Positions 49,811 to 61,976 of a stretch of DNA of 64,000 bases are shown here, piece by piece. A program made the position numbers and the translations under genes. The DNA is taken from the NCBI GenBank assembly GCA_028534125.1, contig CM052817.1, forward strand, positions 62,064,001 through 62,128,000, written 5' to 3'. The notes under the pieces were generated by a model. The model searched no databases. It saw only the letters and a list, made by a program, of their open reading frames with translations, and was not told the DNA's origin. Position 1 is the first letter of the stretch. Every line of letters begins with the position of its first letter. The stretch is from Lama glama. Taxonomy: Eukaryota.

Positions 49811-50559
49811 TAAAATTACTGAAAATATGTTATAAACGCTTTTTTTAAATGTAGAAGTTAATACTCTTCATTTTTCTACTTTATAAGAAATGAGATTTTA
49901 GATTTTTTATAAAAGTCTTCTTTCCTGTGCATAATAAAATAGTTTTGTCTCTCCTTAATTCTCGGTCTTTAAAATTTTGGACATAATTTACAAATAAAAT
50001 TTCAGAATTTGGTCTCTCATTAACAGTCTCCATATATACAAACTTCAGTTACCATATCACTTCTTAAAATATGTTTATTTTGCTACTTTGGAGGAGCCAG
50101 CAGGAGGGGCAAAAAAACCACTGAACTGCAAGCTGGGAACCTGGTGCTGGTCCCAGTCGCTTCCCAAAGATTTAGTGCTTTTCTTAAGTGTGGTTAGGTA
50201 GATAGGTAGGTCAGTATTATGATTAAAATCCAAATTGTGAGAACACCATACACGTAAAGAGCAGAGCTTCCAGAGAGTGAGAGTACCTAGAAGTCGTCTG
50301 GTCTAGAAGTCTGTGCTTCCATCATGACTGTGGGTCAGGACTCGGGGAGGGAAGCCAGGGTAACGATGGAGGGAGAAGGATGCTCAGGGGCTTATCTCAT
50401 TTCCAGTGGCAGAAACAGACCTCCCAGGTCAACACTGAAATTCTGTGGCTCTGGTCTATATTTTCCAATTGTGTAAACTCTGTGGCACTGCCTCAATGCC
50501 CTCTTCCAATTCACCTGACAGTTTATTTGCTGTCTTCTTATATTTGAGCTACGCATTAG

Positions 50560-50860
50560 GCTATTACTTTTTAAAATGTTGGGTTTTTTCTTCATTAAAA
50601 AGTTATAACACTTAGAGATTTTAGTTGCTAAAATTCTACAATAAACAAATAACAAGAAAGGCAAGTCATTCCTCAAGCTCCACCCTGCTCCCCAGATCTA
50701 TCTACTGTTAACACTAATGTGTTTTGTTCCGGATCTTCCTCTATGCAGTTACTTACGCAGGCGTGTGTGTAGATGTGTGTGGGTACATATATGGCTTTAG
50801 AAGTTAGAAATGGGATCATGCTGTACACGGGGCTCTGTGCTGACTACTGTTTTTTATAGC
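50560..50860 (-). mobile_element. Ancient L1ME-type 3' UTR fragment
   Basis: ctactgttaacac...ttccggatcttcctctatgca...aaatgggatcatgctgtacac. Confidence 0.55.
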
Positions 50861-53800
50861 AAATTCTTTGCCTCACTTGATTGATCACTTGCCAAAGTGA
50901 GTGCTGTGATGTGCCTACTATGTTTAGTGTTGGCTGACATCCAGTGTGAAAAAACAAAAACAAAAATAAAAACACTGAATATTTAAGGCTTTGTACTGTC
51001 TGCATGACATTAAAATTTCAGTGGATGTTTTATAACAAAAGCATACAAGCATCACAACCTTTATTAATGTCATTATTTTCTTTAGCTTTGATAGTTGAAT
51101 TCTGGATCCATGTGTGTCTTTTTTAAAGTCACAGTCTCCATATGGCATGTGATGTAAATTCATATTTCATGAATTCTGCTTATTAAGTGAGGGTACTGAT
51201 TAGGTACCAATACATCCATTTTCATCCTTTTTGATGGAGCAACTGACATTTTTCCAAAATTTACTGTTTCAAAAGATAATACACCCAGTATACTGAAGAA
51301 GACAGTAAGGGTATGACTCACCTCCAGCAAGATATAGGGTTGGTTAAGTTTTTCACATTTTCACCTCTCCTGCCACTGGAAATCACAACACTTGACACTA
51401 GGTCACAAAATTATTAAACCTTAAAGCAGCAACACTTTCTTCTCTACGTGAGACCTCACTTCTCCTTGACACTTTACTCCTGAAATCCCTTTAGGCTCCT
51501 GGCCTTTTCTCCCTGCCTTTAACTCCCGTAACTAATTAAATCTGGACAAGTCTTTGGTGAAAATAGTTTTCCTTTAAAGTTATTCATTCAAAGTTCCCCT
51601 TAAGGCATTCTTTGTCACTTTAGCCTAGCCTGCCATCTTTACATGAAGTTGAAAGAGGTGAGCTATTTTTATAAAACAGAAAACATTTCAAAACCTAAAT
51701 CTACCTTGATGTCTCAGATAAAGACTAGATTTTGAAATATGACAAATGCCTCAGCATTTCTGGAAGTTTACAAGTAAACGAAAAGTTTAAAGACTCTGGT
51801 CTCACTTAAAGACAGTTAAAACTTTTAAAAATAGATTATTGTATTTGGAAGTAGTTTATTTGGGGTCTATAATTAAATTCTTCAACAAAAACAGAAAAAG
51901 ATTAACCTCATCAGTATAGTTGAACTCATTCCCAATGAATTTGTTTTAGGAATCATGTTGGATCTCTGAATTAAGCAGCACTTTTAATACTGTTACCTAT
52001 TTAGAAGACAAAAGTGAAGATCAAAGAAAATAAGAGATCAAGAGTGAGAATATGGCACTGCTTAAGTATTTTCTCTGCTGAGATAAAATTAAAACTTGCC
52101 AAGTTGCCAATTACTTTTAACCTATTTCTACATTTTGTAAAAAAACAGGAAATATTACTTTAACTTTGTTTTACAATGTAAAGACCAGATATGTACCATT
52201 TGTTGTTGACCCAGGATACTCAGCTCCAGGGCAAAAGACTCAATGAGATTTAACGATGGGCTTGACTATCACTTGCTTAAGGCCAGAGACTTTCTAAGAA
52301 GAGGCGAAGAACGTTTTCTTCATGAACCCAATTGTTTCCTCTATTATTTAATAGCATAGTGCTATCTCTCTCTCTCTCTCCTTTTTTTTTTTTAGCTACC
52401 CGGTGGGATGTGACTTTCTATAATGTGCTCCCTATGTTTTTTACAAATGAAGACTTGGGTTTTGAAAGTTTGAGTGTGTTTCCCAAGACTACTCATCCGT
52501 TTAATGGAAGAGCTAGGAAAGCAATCCAGGTACTTCTGGTTTTATAAGCCTGAGTGCTTTATAAGTGATGCTGCCACCCACAATGTGAAAACTTATAACT
52601 TAGCAAATGGTTGTCCACAATTCTCTTACAGTACTACTGCTAGCAACAACACAGAAATAATAAAATAAATTAACAGATACTTACAAAGTACTAACAAAAT
52701 GCCCCCCTAGGAACTTTAGATTTATTCCCTCCTTAATTCTCACAACAACATCGTGTATAATGTAGTTATCTGCATCATAAAGGTGAAAAAAGAGGCACAG
52801 AGAAGACAATTAACTTGCCCATGGCCCACACAGCTAATAAGTAGCGGAAATTTTCTTTGACACTCAATATACAGACTTAGAGAATCAGGTGATGAATAAT
52901 CAGCTCTGTGGAGTTTCTCAAGGAGGCACCAACATCTACTTGTTAGCTATAGGTCAAAATGAAATATACAGTACATAATTTTATAATATTTATCTGCTAG
53001 CCTCTTCAGAGGTCACAATGATATGCTCTTCTTGCTCATTCATTTGGTTTCCTTTCTAATTTATTTAAACATACTTACGTTTATACTTATATATTTAACT
53101 GCTTTAAATTACCTGTAAAAGCTTTTATCTAATTTAAAGGAAAAAGACTTTGCAATCCTTGTCCACAACAGAGAGAGGAACAGAATATGTGGAAGAAATC
53201 TGAAAATTGTTAACTACTCCACAGAGTATTAGCACTATCAGAATTATTGTCAAATAAGTAATAACAAGCTAAGACAATTTGTAAAAAGAACACAAGGAAA
53301 ATATTCTAAGACACATACTGCAAATTTAACAACTTTTAGCTATTATCTTTGAGTCAGAAATCCTAACTTGCATTTTCTCCAGGTACAAACCACCTCTTCA
53401 GAATATCTACAATATAAATAATGAATATGAACTAATGTAAACTGAGGCAGAGGAGGGAGATCTGTGGAAAGACAGGGGCACTGAGGATACAGCTCTGACC
53501 TCTTTGGTTACAGGAGGCAGATTTCTTTGAACAGTATCCATTTTCCTTTCACCAAGGCCTCTGTTTTATCAAAGCCCCAAAAGAGAAATAGGAGTTGACA
53601 ATCTTTACAAATATAAAGGAGGCAAATGATTTGTGGAAGGGAAGAATAACAAGGTTTCCTCATGCTAAGGAGGTATTTTATCAGAAATGCACTCATGCCT
53701 AGAAAATCTAGGTCTTTGAGCACACGTGGTTATTTTCAGGAAGGCATACCCTTTCTGTCTTCCACTTCAATAAACTCGGGGAGTGAAAAAGCATTCTGTG

Positions 53801-54869
53801 AATGCAGCTAGTTCATTGACATTAGCAGCATATCATTTTCCCAAAGTTTGAGAGAGCAATGGATTGATTTCAGGGTTCACAGTGGGGCACAGCAAGACAG
53901 CATGGCTCACATGGCTTTCAGAAACAATATAAATTCATAGAGCTATTTCAAGGTTTCATGAAGATGTGATAAACTACTGGATTGGGTTACACGTTTCCTC
54001 CTGCAGGGACTATTTTATCCACTCCTCCTAGAGAAGTCAGGCTGATTTGTTGTTTTCATGCTCTGTTTTTCTTCAAATCTACTTAAATAAGCAGGTTGAT
54101 TTCAGGGCAGACCCCCTAACTCCCTCTTCCTTTGTATGGGTTCAACTTAAGTTCTTGTGAAATCATTATCCTTCTCATACCTTCCAGACTGACTGCTGCA
54201 AAAAGTGAATCAGAAGATAAACAAAACTAAACTAAAATAAAATGTGGTTATCAAGGATGTGCCGCTCTGTGCAAATATGGATGCACAATCATGCAGTACT
54301 TACGAAGATGTCTCCCATGCAGTGTGGGCCGTGGGCATCTGAATGCCTGTGACTCTTCAAAACACACACAAGTCCCTCAGGCCAGAGTGCCACTTCATTC
54401 TCACCAAAACCAGAAACACAACCAAAGCAAAGCAAATAAAATCCTTTCAATAGTCAGGAGAGCAGAGAAGCAAAGAAGCTATTTGAACTTGTTTCTTTTG
54501 AAATCACTACCAGTACTCAGGGAAAGCTTTCACTTCTGTGATCTGTCAGGAAAATCAGCTGCCTTTTTTGATAAACTGGGAAATCAGGTTGAAGTCTAGT
54601 GAACCAAAGACTCAAAGAATATTCCCATGACTCCTATAATCAATTTACCCACGCACTGTTCTGATTTTTCTGTATGTCAGAGTACCATGCTGCAGGTCTA
54701 AAATATGTCCTTACTGTTAACTATGTACAAGCCTGAATCTTCAGAGGAATGACTGAATGGATGAGAAATAATGAGCAAAACACATTGGACTCAGTGTCAG
54801 AAGACCTACATTGTCAAGACATCTATCCTTCCCAAGCTTTAGTTTCACCACCTGTTAAGCGGAGGATAT

Positions 54870-55349
54870 TGTCGTGTTGTTATTCTTTGCCTGCTTTCAT
54901 CCACTTTCTCTTGTTTCTTGACAGAAACATCTCCAACACTTTCAGGCCATGTGGTTCAATTTCCCATTCATTTCTCCACCCGTCCCTCAGAGCGTTCCAG
55001 CCCCATGACCACAATTACTTGGTGCAAGATGAGCACGTGATCCAAGGTAGTGTCATCAACATGGAATCTGGGCTTTTGTTGTCCTGGAAAGAAACTGATT
55101 GCGAAAAGAACTGGCTGTTGGTGGCCATCTTGATGTAGGACAGAAAGAGCCAGCTTGAATGAAGCTAACACAGAGAAAGGCAGAGCTGAGCAATGCAGGG
55201 AGAACGTGTTCAGGTCACATTTGCAACCAACATCAGGTAGATCTAATTCTGGGGTTTCCTGTTACATGAGCTACTAAAAATTTTTTTTTCTTTTCACTTG
55301 TTTGATTTGGTCTTCTTTCACTTGCACCCTGAAGATTCCTCACGTAATA
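54870..55349 (+). mobile_element. MLT1K/L-type MaLR solo LTR, apparently inserted in a MIR
   Basis: ggtggccatcttg...tgaatgaagctaacacagagaaaggcagagctgag...gttacatgagc...tcacttgcaccctgaagattcct. Confidence 0.75.
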
Positions 55350-55701
55350 TTACAGTGTGAGGGCTGAGCCGACATACAAATGCAAATAATGTTTTTGGAA
55401 ACACTGTTCCATGTTCTTATTTGTTTAAACCCAAAAGCTAAAATCCTTGGCTTTACAAAATACATTTGCACTTTTGTTCAATTAAATGTATAAGCTTAAA
55501 AAAAAAACAGCTTCCTTTGCCATAGCAACTGTACCAGGGCTTGGCACTATTAAGAATAAGAAAATAAAACTAATCCTGAAGAAGTTTATAGGCAAGTAGG
55601 GACACAAACATGTGTTAAGTAATTATAGGATACGGTTAAAATGTTAAAAACTATAAAATGGTAAAACGGTAAAAAGAAAAACTTGAACAATATATAAAAT
55701 G

Positions 55702-55780
55702 TAGAACTACCATATTACACAACTCTAGGGGGCGCCATTCATACCATCACTTATGTAAATGTCATCACCTGGAGCCACAC
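55702..55780. mobile_element. MER91-like hAT-Tip100 fragment carrying a CTCF-like motif
   Basis: cacaactctagggggcgccattca...tgtaaatgtcatcacctggag, the internal palindrome typical of MER91. Confidence 0.65.
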
Positions 55781-57269
55781 ACAGAAACCCAACTCAACTA
55801 CACATCTCTCAGCTGGTAGACTGGCCCGGCCAAACACTTGCACCAGCCAGTATTTTCAATCTCAATAATAGTTCTTGGCTGTTGCATTTTTAATGAACTG
55901 ATTATTGCCCACCCTATTTGAGTTTTTAAGGAGAGTTTCTGGCAGACAGCTGGCACCACAGGTTTCCCATTACACAAACCAGATGCAAATTTTGCTGGTC
56001 TTCCTTGGCCCTGCTACGCGCTATCATTTGTTAGCCATCAGCTGGCAGAGGCACCACTAAATCAAGCATCTGCAAACATAATATGTTGCATCTCAGGATT
56101 ACAGAGGTCTTTGGGCAGTCAGAGATTCATTGAGCATCAGATTAATTATTTGGCAAAACAAGTGGAGCTTTTATGACTCAAAGGTCATTTACAACAACAT
56201 ACTTTCACACTGTTGCCTCAGTGATAATACTTCATTTTAAGTGGCAAAATCAAACTATAAGTAAATTAGTACCCAAATTAATCCAACAGCTGTGTGTTTT
56301 GATAGTGATTAATATGCACCATATAAAAGAGGCTTTTGCTTCTCTCTCGTTCTGAGTCACAAAAGAGAGAGAGAGAGAGGAAAAAAAAAGTTCTTTGATA
56401 TAATGCCTCTTCTGAAGCAAAGCCAAGGTAGTTCACTGTTTAGTTACAAAAAAATACTCTGAGACCTTCAGGGCAATGCCGCTGCTTTTCTTTTCTGGTG
56501 GAATAACAGCCACAGCTCCCCTTGCCACCCTCGGTGAGCTTGCCTGACCTCTCACTCCTGGAGTCAAACCCAGACCAGGCAACCTCTAGTTCACAAGACA
56601 AGACAGCTCCAACCCCTGGGCTTGGCTGGACTGCCTTCCTCAGATGCTAGATCTCACTCTTCTGGAGGAAGCAATTGTAACCCAGCATTTGAACCATGCT
56701 GGCCAAACTCTTTGGATAAAGTATTGACATGACAAATCCATATACATTCACATCGGTGTTTATTAACATAGTGAGATTTGCCACTAGTTTGGCTGCATGT
56801 TCAAAATTACCCACCTCCATTATTGCTACTCTGACCCGCTGCTGTCTTCACTCATGAGGTGAAATATCCTAAAGCACCCTCTGGACTGCATGCCACAAAA
56901 CACCATTTGGCCTGGAGGCTGAAAGGTTTGGCTCTAAGCCGAGGTGGCAAACTACAACGGTGCTCACCTGGCTTGTACAAATATGCTGCTGTTTAGAGGT
57001 GTGGATACTTTCAAGAGCTACATCCCATTATTGATATGGGGGCATAATTTAACTCTTGGTATGATTCAATACATGGTGCAGTGACATAGTTAAAACACAC
57101 CTATAAAGTGTTATGTATTTTTCAATTCCCCAGGATGGTTGATAGATTTTTCTTACTGACACTACAATTATGTTTGCAGTTTTGGATTTAGCTGCTTAAA
57201 CTCTTAGAGCCAAATTTGTGGTACCCTGTGTGTAAACCACATGCTGGGTTTACAGAGAAGGCAGGAGAG

Positions 57270-57490
57270 CTCGATCACCCAGAGCCCAGGCTCGAAGGCC
57301 AGGTGGCAACTTTCCAACATGGGTTCTGCCTTTTTAACTCTGTGACTTAGAACATGTATCTTAATGTCTTTTCTTCATCTGTAAAATGTTCCTACTGGTA
57401 AGGTTACCATGAGGATTAAATAACTTTCCACATGAAAAGTGTTCACAACAGTGCCTGGCCTTGAGTACACGCTAAATAAACACATCACCA
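57270..57490 (+). mobile_element. MIR SINE
   Basis: ctgtgacttagaacatg...cttcatctgtaaaatg...tgaggattaaataa...acagtgcctggc...aataaa. Confidence 0.8.
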
Positions 57491-58692
57491 TAATCATAAA
57501 TTCATTATCATCATAGCCTTGATGATTTTCCTGCCATACCAACTTCCTCTATGATTTATCTTATTCATTGTGGTTTATGCATTTTCCTGAGCACTGCCAA
57601 AATCTTTATCTAGCGCAGTTCAGTATAAACAAAACAAAATAAAGCATAATTTATTCTTTTAATTTTCTAACAGAAATAGTACTGTACTTAGCTTTTACAG
57701 GCACATCTTCATTGAAAATTTTATTTCATAATGCTGTTTGAAGATTTGATTTCTACTTTCTACTAATGCTACTTCTAACGGCTCATGCCATACTTAAAAG
57801 TGTTCTCAACACTCAAAATACATGCTGAAATGTCAAGTGATCTTTTCAAACACAGATCTATATCTAATAAACATAAAGTTAAAACTCCACATGCCTCAAA
57901 AACCAATGCATATGAAAAACTGAGAATAAACAACATTAAAGGTAAGGGCAAAAACAAGACCAGGTTGCCTGGGATAACTGGTAATTTCCAGAGATCTGAG
58001 CTCTGAGACTCATCCACAGGGCAGTATCGTCATTCTAATCCAGGACTTACCTATAATGTACCAAGTAACTTTCCCCCAACATTCCTCCACTCTAAGGAAT
58101 GTCCTGAGAAGCAGTTTTGTCATGTCCAAATTATAAGCAATAATCTATGTTTTTTACTTTCACTTAAAGAGAAATTAAATTTGGTTCTGTAGAATATCAT
58201 GCAGCAGATGCTGCAAGTCCACCATCCTTTCAAAAAAGGGCCTGGAATTACCTACTTTTCAAAAGAGAAAAGGTACAAGCTTATGCTTTTTAATAAAGAA
58301 ATGAAGTCAAAGTAAGCATTATTTTATATTTATAAGATATAGGTGACGTTGAAAATGCTAATCAACTTACAAGTTGTATTTCACCCTAAGTTTATTACTA
58401 GAGATTAATGAGTTGCAATATCCTTTTACCTTAAATTTGCTGAAGAGTCTAAACTGTGCAGTGTGTCCAACAATAACAAAGGCAACACGGTTAAAGTCCT
58501 GTCTTCTTCCTGGATTCTTCTAAGTCTTGAGAAATTGCTTCATAGTCTAAAATCTCCCATTTAAACAAAAAGTTAAATACTAAACAAGTCATATAGCTCA
58601 TTATAAAATGTAACAAGAAGCCATTACTGGTAGGACATTTGTTAAAATAAAACGCTAGCTGGAAACCTAATTGTAAAATAATTTGTAAAGTA

Positions 58693-58912
58693 CAATTGAC
58701 CTTCAAATAATAATGGTTTGAACGGCACAAGTCCACTTTACACAGATTTTTTTCAGAAGTAAAGAGTACAGCGCTACATGATCTGCAGTTGGTTGGCTCC
58801 ACGGGTCAGAGGAACCACGGGCACAGAGGGCCAACTATCAGTCACACTCGGGTTTTCGGCTGTGTGGAGGGCCAATGCCCCAAACCCCAGGTTGTTCTAC
58901 GGATGACTACTG
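58693..58912. mobile_element. MER8-like TcMar-Tigger MITE
   Basis: TA|caattgaccttcaaataataatggtttgaac...gtccacttta...gatctgcagttggttg...ggaaccacgggcacagagggccaact...ccccaaaccccaggttgttc. Confidence 0.85.
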
Positions 58913-60524
58913 TTCCACATTAAAACCTTCTGTGATCTTCTGATTACATCCAGTCAAACCTAACTTTGTAGTTTTTCATTGTTAAGCTTATTTTTGCCAC
59001 ATGAAACAGCAGAGCTGAACACTGAGCTTGTTATTTTAAAATAGTAATTTTTCTTTGTGAGGCAGTTTATGACTAAACACTTCTACTTGTGCCCAAGTAT
59101 AATTTGCAATGATATCAGGTCTACAAACAGCTGAAGAAAGCAGAGGCACATTATAAACCTTCAAAGAAATTCAGGAAGTTAGGTTAGTGATAATGCCTTG
59201 TATTTGACTAGTCATTTAAAGGTCAGGAAAAAACCCTTCAGAAACCTATTTCATTTGATCTCAACTAAGACCCTGTAAGATCATGAAGGGATGGGTTTAT
59301 GAATCCACATTTTAATGTGATGTTATAAGCCCAAGTCATGCTTCTGCTCAATGCTAGGTCAGAACTCGAATATGGATCTACTCACTTATTCTCCTGTCCT
59401 TTTCAACACTCAGACTTTTGCCATTTTATTTGAATTTAGATATTAGATTTCTAAACATTCTGTATATTAAATATCTATATTTATCTTCTAAAATTTTGAT
59501 CTCCTGTCCTCACAAATCTTGCTGGTATTTCCAAGAAAACTAGAATGTGCTAAGATTATGTTTTCCTGATTATATCCAAACTTTTGAACATTATACAAAA
59601 TACTAATTTAATATTATTTTTCTTTGTTCTGTTGCTTAAACTTTTCATAGAGGTTAATTCAAATGATTCATGTAGATTTTAGTTGCTTCAAGGAAATGGT
59701 TACATGGCCTACCATACTTGGCTCATAGTAGGTGATTAAGAAATTCTTTTTGAATTGACCAGCTTCTATCTAAGGAGATGTTTGTAGATTGTGTTAGCAA
59801 TGGAATAGAAATAGTACATTCAGAAAATTATTTTATATTATCTTCCCTAGAAATGGCTGACAAATTCATTCTGATGAAAGACAGATATGGTGCACTGAAT
59901 AGATGCTTTCACAGAAGCATTAGAGCCCATGAAAATAACCTAGACACAGTTTAAATTAGCCTCTGGTGTGCTGACAGCCTGTTCAACCTCGTGTATGAAC
60001 ACCCCTTTCATGATTTAAAAATATTTTGATGTCTAAAATAACATCAAATCTAGTTATCTGTGATGTATGAAATTATAATACATCATAACTGAGTAGTTCA
60101 ATTGAACACTGAGGTATTTGGAAAAGCAAATTAAATAAGATAGTAAGTCTATGTTTTTTCCCTTTACCCATAGAATCTAAGTAAAAACAACTTGTGTTTT
60201 TATAGTATCCTTTTTTTTAACTATTAATTTCAAAACACTTTACAAAATACAGAGTTACTACTATACTTCAGGTCATTTTATGGAATTGGTAAGAATTATT
60301 AATTGATTTTAAAACATGAACACATTAAAAAAAAAAACCCAGAAACAGAAGAGGCAAGAACATTTCACAAAGTAATATGATGAAAGGTAGGCCAGCTCTG
60401 ATGACTGCTAATGTTTATTTATGATGCACTTCATTAAACCCTTTGACTTTTTCAAGGGGCCACCTGTAAACCAGTTATGATTTATAGATTTCAGGAATGT
60501 GTCCTATTCTCAGCCATTTCTCTT

Positions 60525-60808
60525 TTTCTGTTGTTGTTATTTTTAAACCTTTTTTTTTCTTTTTTTTATTGAGTTATAGTCAGTTCATAATGTTGTGTCA
60601 ATTTCTGGGGTACAGCACAATTCTTCAGTCATACATGAATATACATATATTCATTTTCATATTCTTTTTCACAGTGAGCTACTACAAGATGTTGAATATA
60701 TTTCCCTGTGCTATACAGTATAAACTTCTTTGTCTATTTTATACATACCAGCCAGTATCTGCAAATCTCGAACTCTCAGTTTATCCCTTCCCACTCCCCT
60801 TCCCCCTG
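60525..60808 (-). mobile_element. Short 5'-truncated LINE-1 (3' UTR only, same family as 1-527) with a 17-bp TSD; sense to UNC5C
   Basis: T-rich tail, then the reverse complement of the 3' UTR seen at ~295-510; TSD tctcagccatttctctt (60508-60524) / tctcagccattactctt (60809-60825). Confidence 0.92.
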
Positions 60809-60879
60809 TCTCAGCCATTACTCTTCAAACCAAGTGCTGGAGACATTCCTAAAGCTCTGGTAAGTATAAAGACCTAAGC

Positions 60880-61381
60880 CAGAACTACCCAATACAAATA
60901 TAATGCAAACCACATAGGCAATTTAAAATTTTCCAGTAGTCATATTACAAAAAGTAAAAAAAAAAAAAAATGAACTTAGTTTTAATAATATTTTATTTAA
61001 CCCAATATATCAAAAATAATCACTGTAACAGTCAATATAAAAATTTATTGATATTTTACATTTTTTCTTGTACTAAGCCTATGAAATTTAGTATGTATTT
61101 TATTTAAAATTTCTGTGATCTCAATTTGAGAGAGAAATTTTCACTAGAATTACTTACTTTGAATTTGGTTTTTGTAAACCTTGGACTTCAATAACTATAA
61201 TAGATTCACAAACCCAAAATATCCAAACATACTTAAACATTTTCTAATAACTGACTCCAGGATCAGTCTTAAATTTAAATTAATGAAAATTAAATAAAAT
61301 GAAGAATTTCTTCATCATCTTTGCAATATTTTAAGTTCTTAATCATTCAGTGTCTCTAGGGTTATGTATTAGACAGCACAA
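60880..61381. mobile_element. Charlie1/MER33-related hAT DNA transposon (longer internal-deletion derivative)
   Basis: ccaatacaaatataatgcaaaccacat...atttaaaattttccagtag...tttatttaacccaatatatc...tattagacagcac. Confidence 0.75.
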
Positions 61382-61683
61382 ATCTAAATGAATTAAACAA
61401 AAGTTTCAACTGGAGCAATAAAATTGGAAGAAATAAGAAGGACGGCATTCTAGAGGAAGAAAATAAGTAGAGATGGTAAATATGGATAAGACTGCCTTTT
61501 GTAAGCCTAATTTTCTAAAAAAATTATTTCTAAGATTAGTCTGTTGTTCAGCAGTTTCCAAAATAAGTTTGCCATCTGTGTATTTGTTGTCCACAGAGAA
61601 TGCAGGACATCTTTAAGGTTAGAATTGAACTAATGAGCATCCAATTTAAATCCTTTTTATTAATAAGAAAAGTTTAGAGTTGA

Positions 61684-61976
61684 ACTAGCCACATGTGGCT
61701 GCTGGGCACTTGAAACATGGTTGGGCCAAGCTGAGAAGTGGTGTAAGTATAAAACACACAGTGGATTTCAAAGGCTTAGCACACACACACACACACAAAG
61801 ATAAAATGTCTCATTAATAATGTTTTAAGATTGAAAATATGTTAAAATAATCATATTTTAGATATATTAGACTATATGTTATTAAACTTAATTTTACTTG
61901 TTTCTTTTTATTTTTTAACACAGCTACTAGAAATTTAAAATTTCACTTGTGGTCGTATTACATTTTTATTGGACAC
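61684..61976. mobile_element. MER33-like hAT-Charlie element in the opposite orientation to 60880-61381; contains (CA)9 at 61780-61797
   Basis: actagccacatgtggctgctgggcacttgaaa...gctactagaaatttaaaatt...tattggacac. Confidence 0.85.

Noticed and set aside
55631..55680. Degenerate ~8-bp tandem repeat (ggtaaaa-like)
   Set aside because: Low-complexity A-rich slippage with no further structure.
58038..58070. Recursive splice site candidate (minus strand cattatAG|GTAAGT) in long intron 1
   Set aside because: The 5' splice motif is perfect but there is no convincing polypyrimidine tract. Similar weak candidates occur at ~53110 and ~5383. A saw-tooth pattern in total RNA-seq would be needed to support any of them.
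40886..60877. Other ORFs over 120 aa (40886..41260, 54749..55138, 60497..60877)
   Set aside because: No recognisable domains; the last two lie in MIR/MLT1 and L1 3' UTR repeats.
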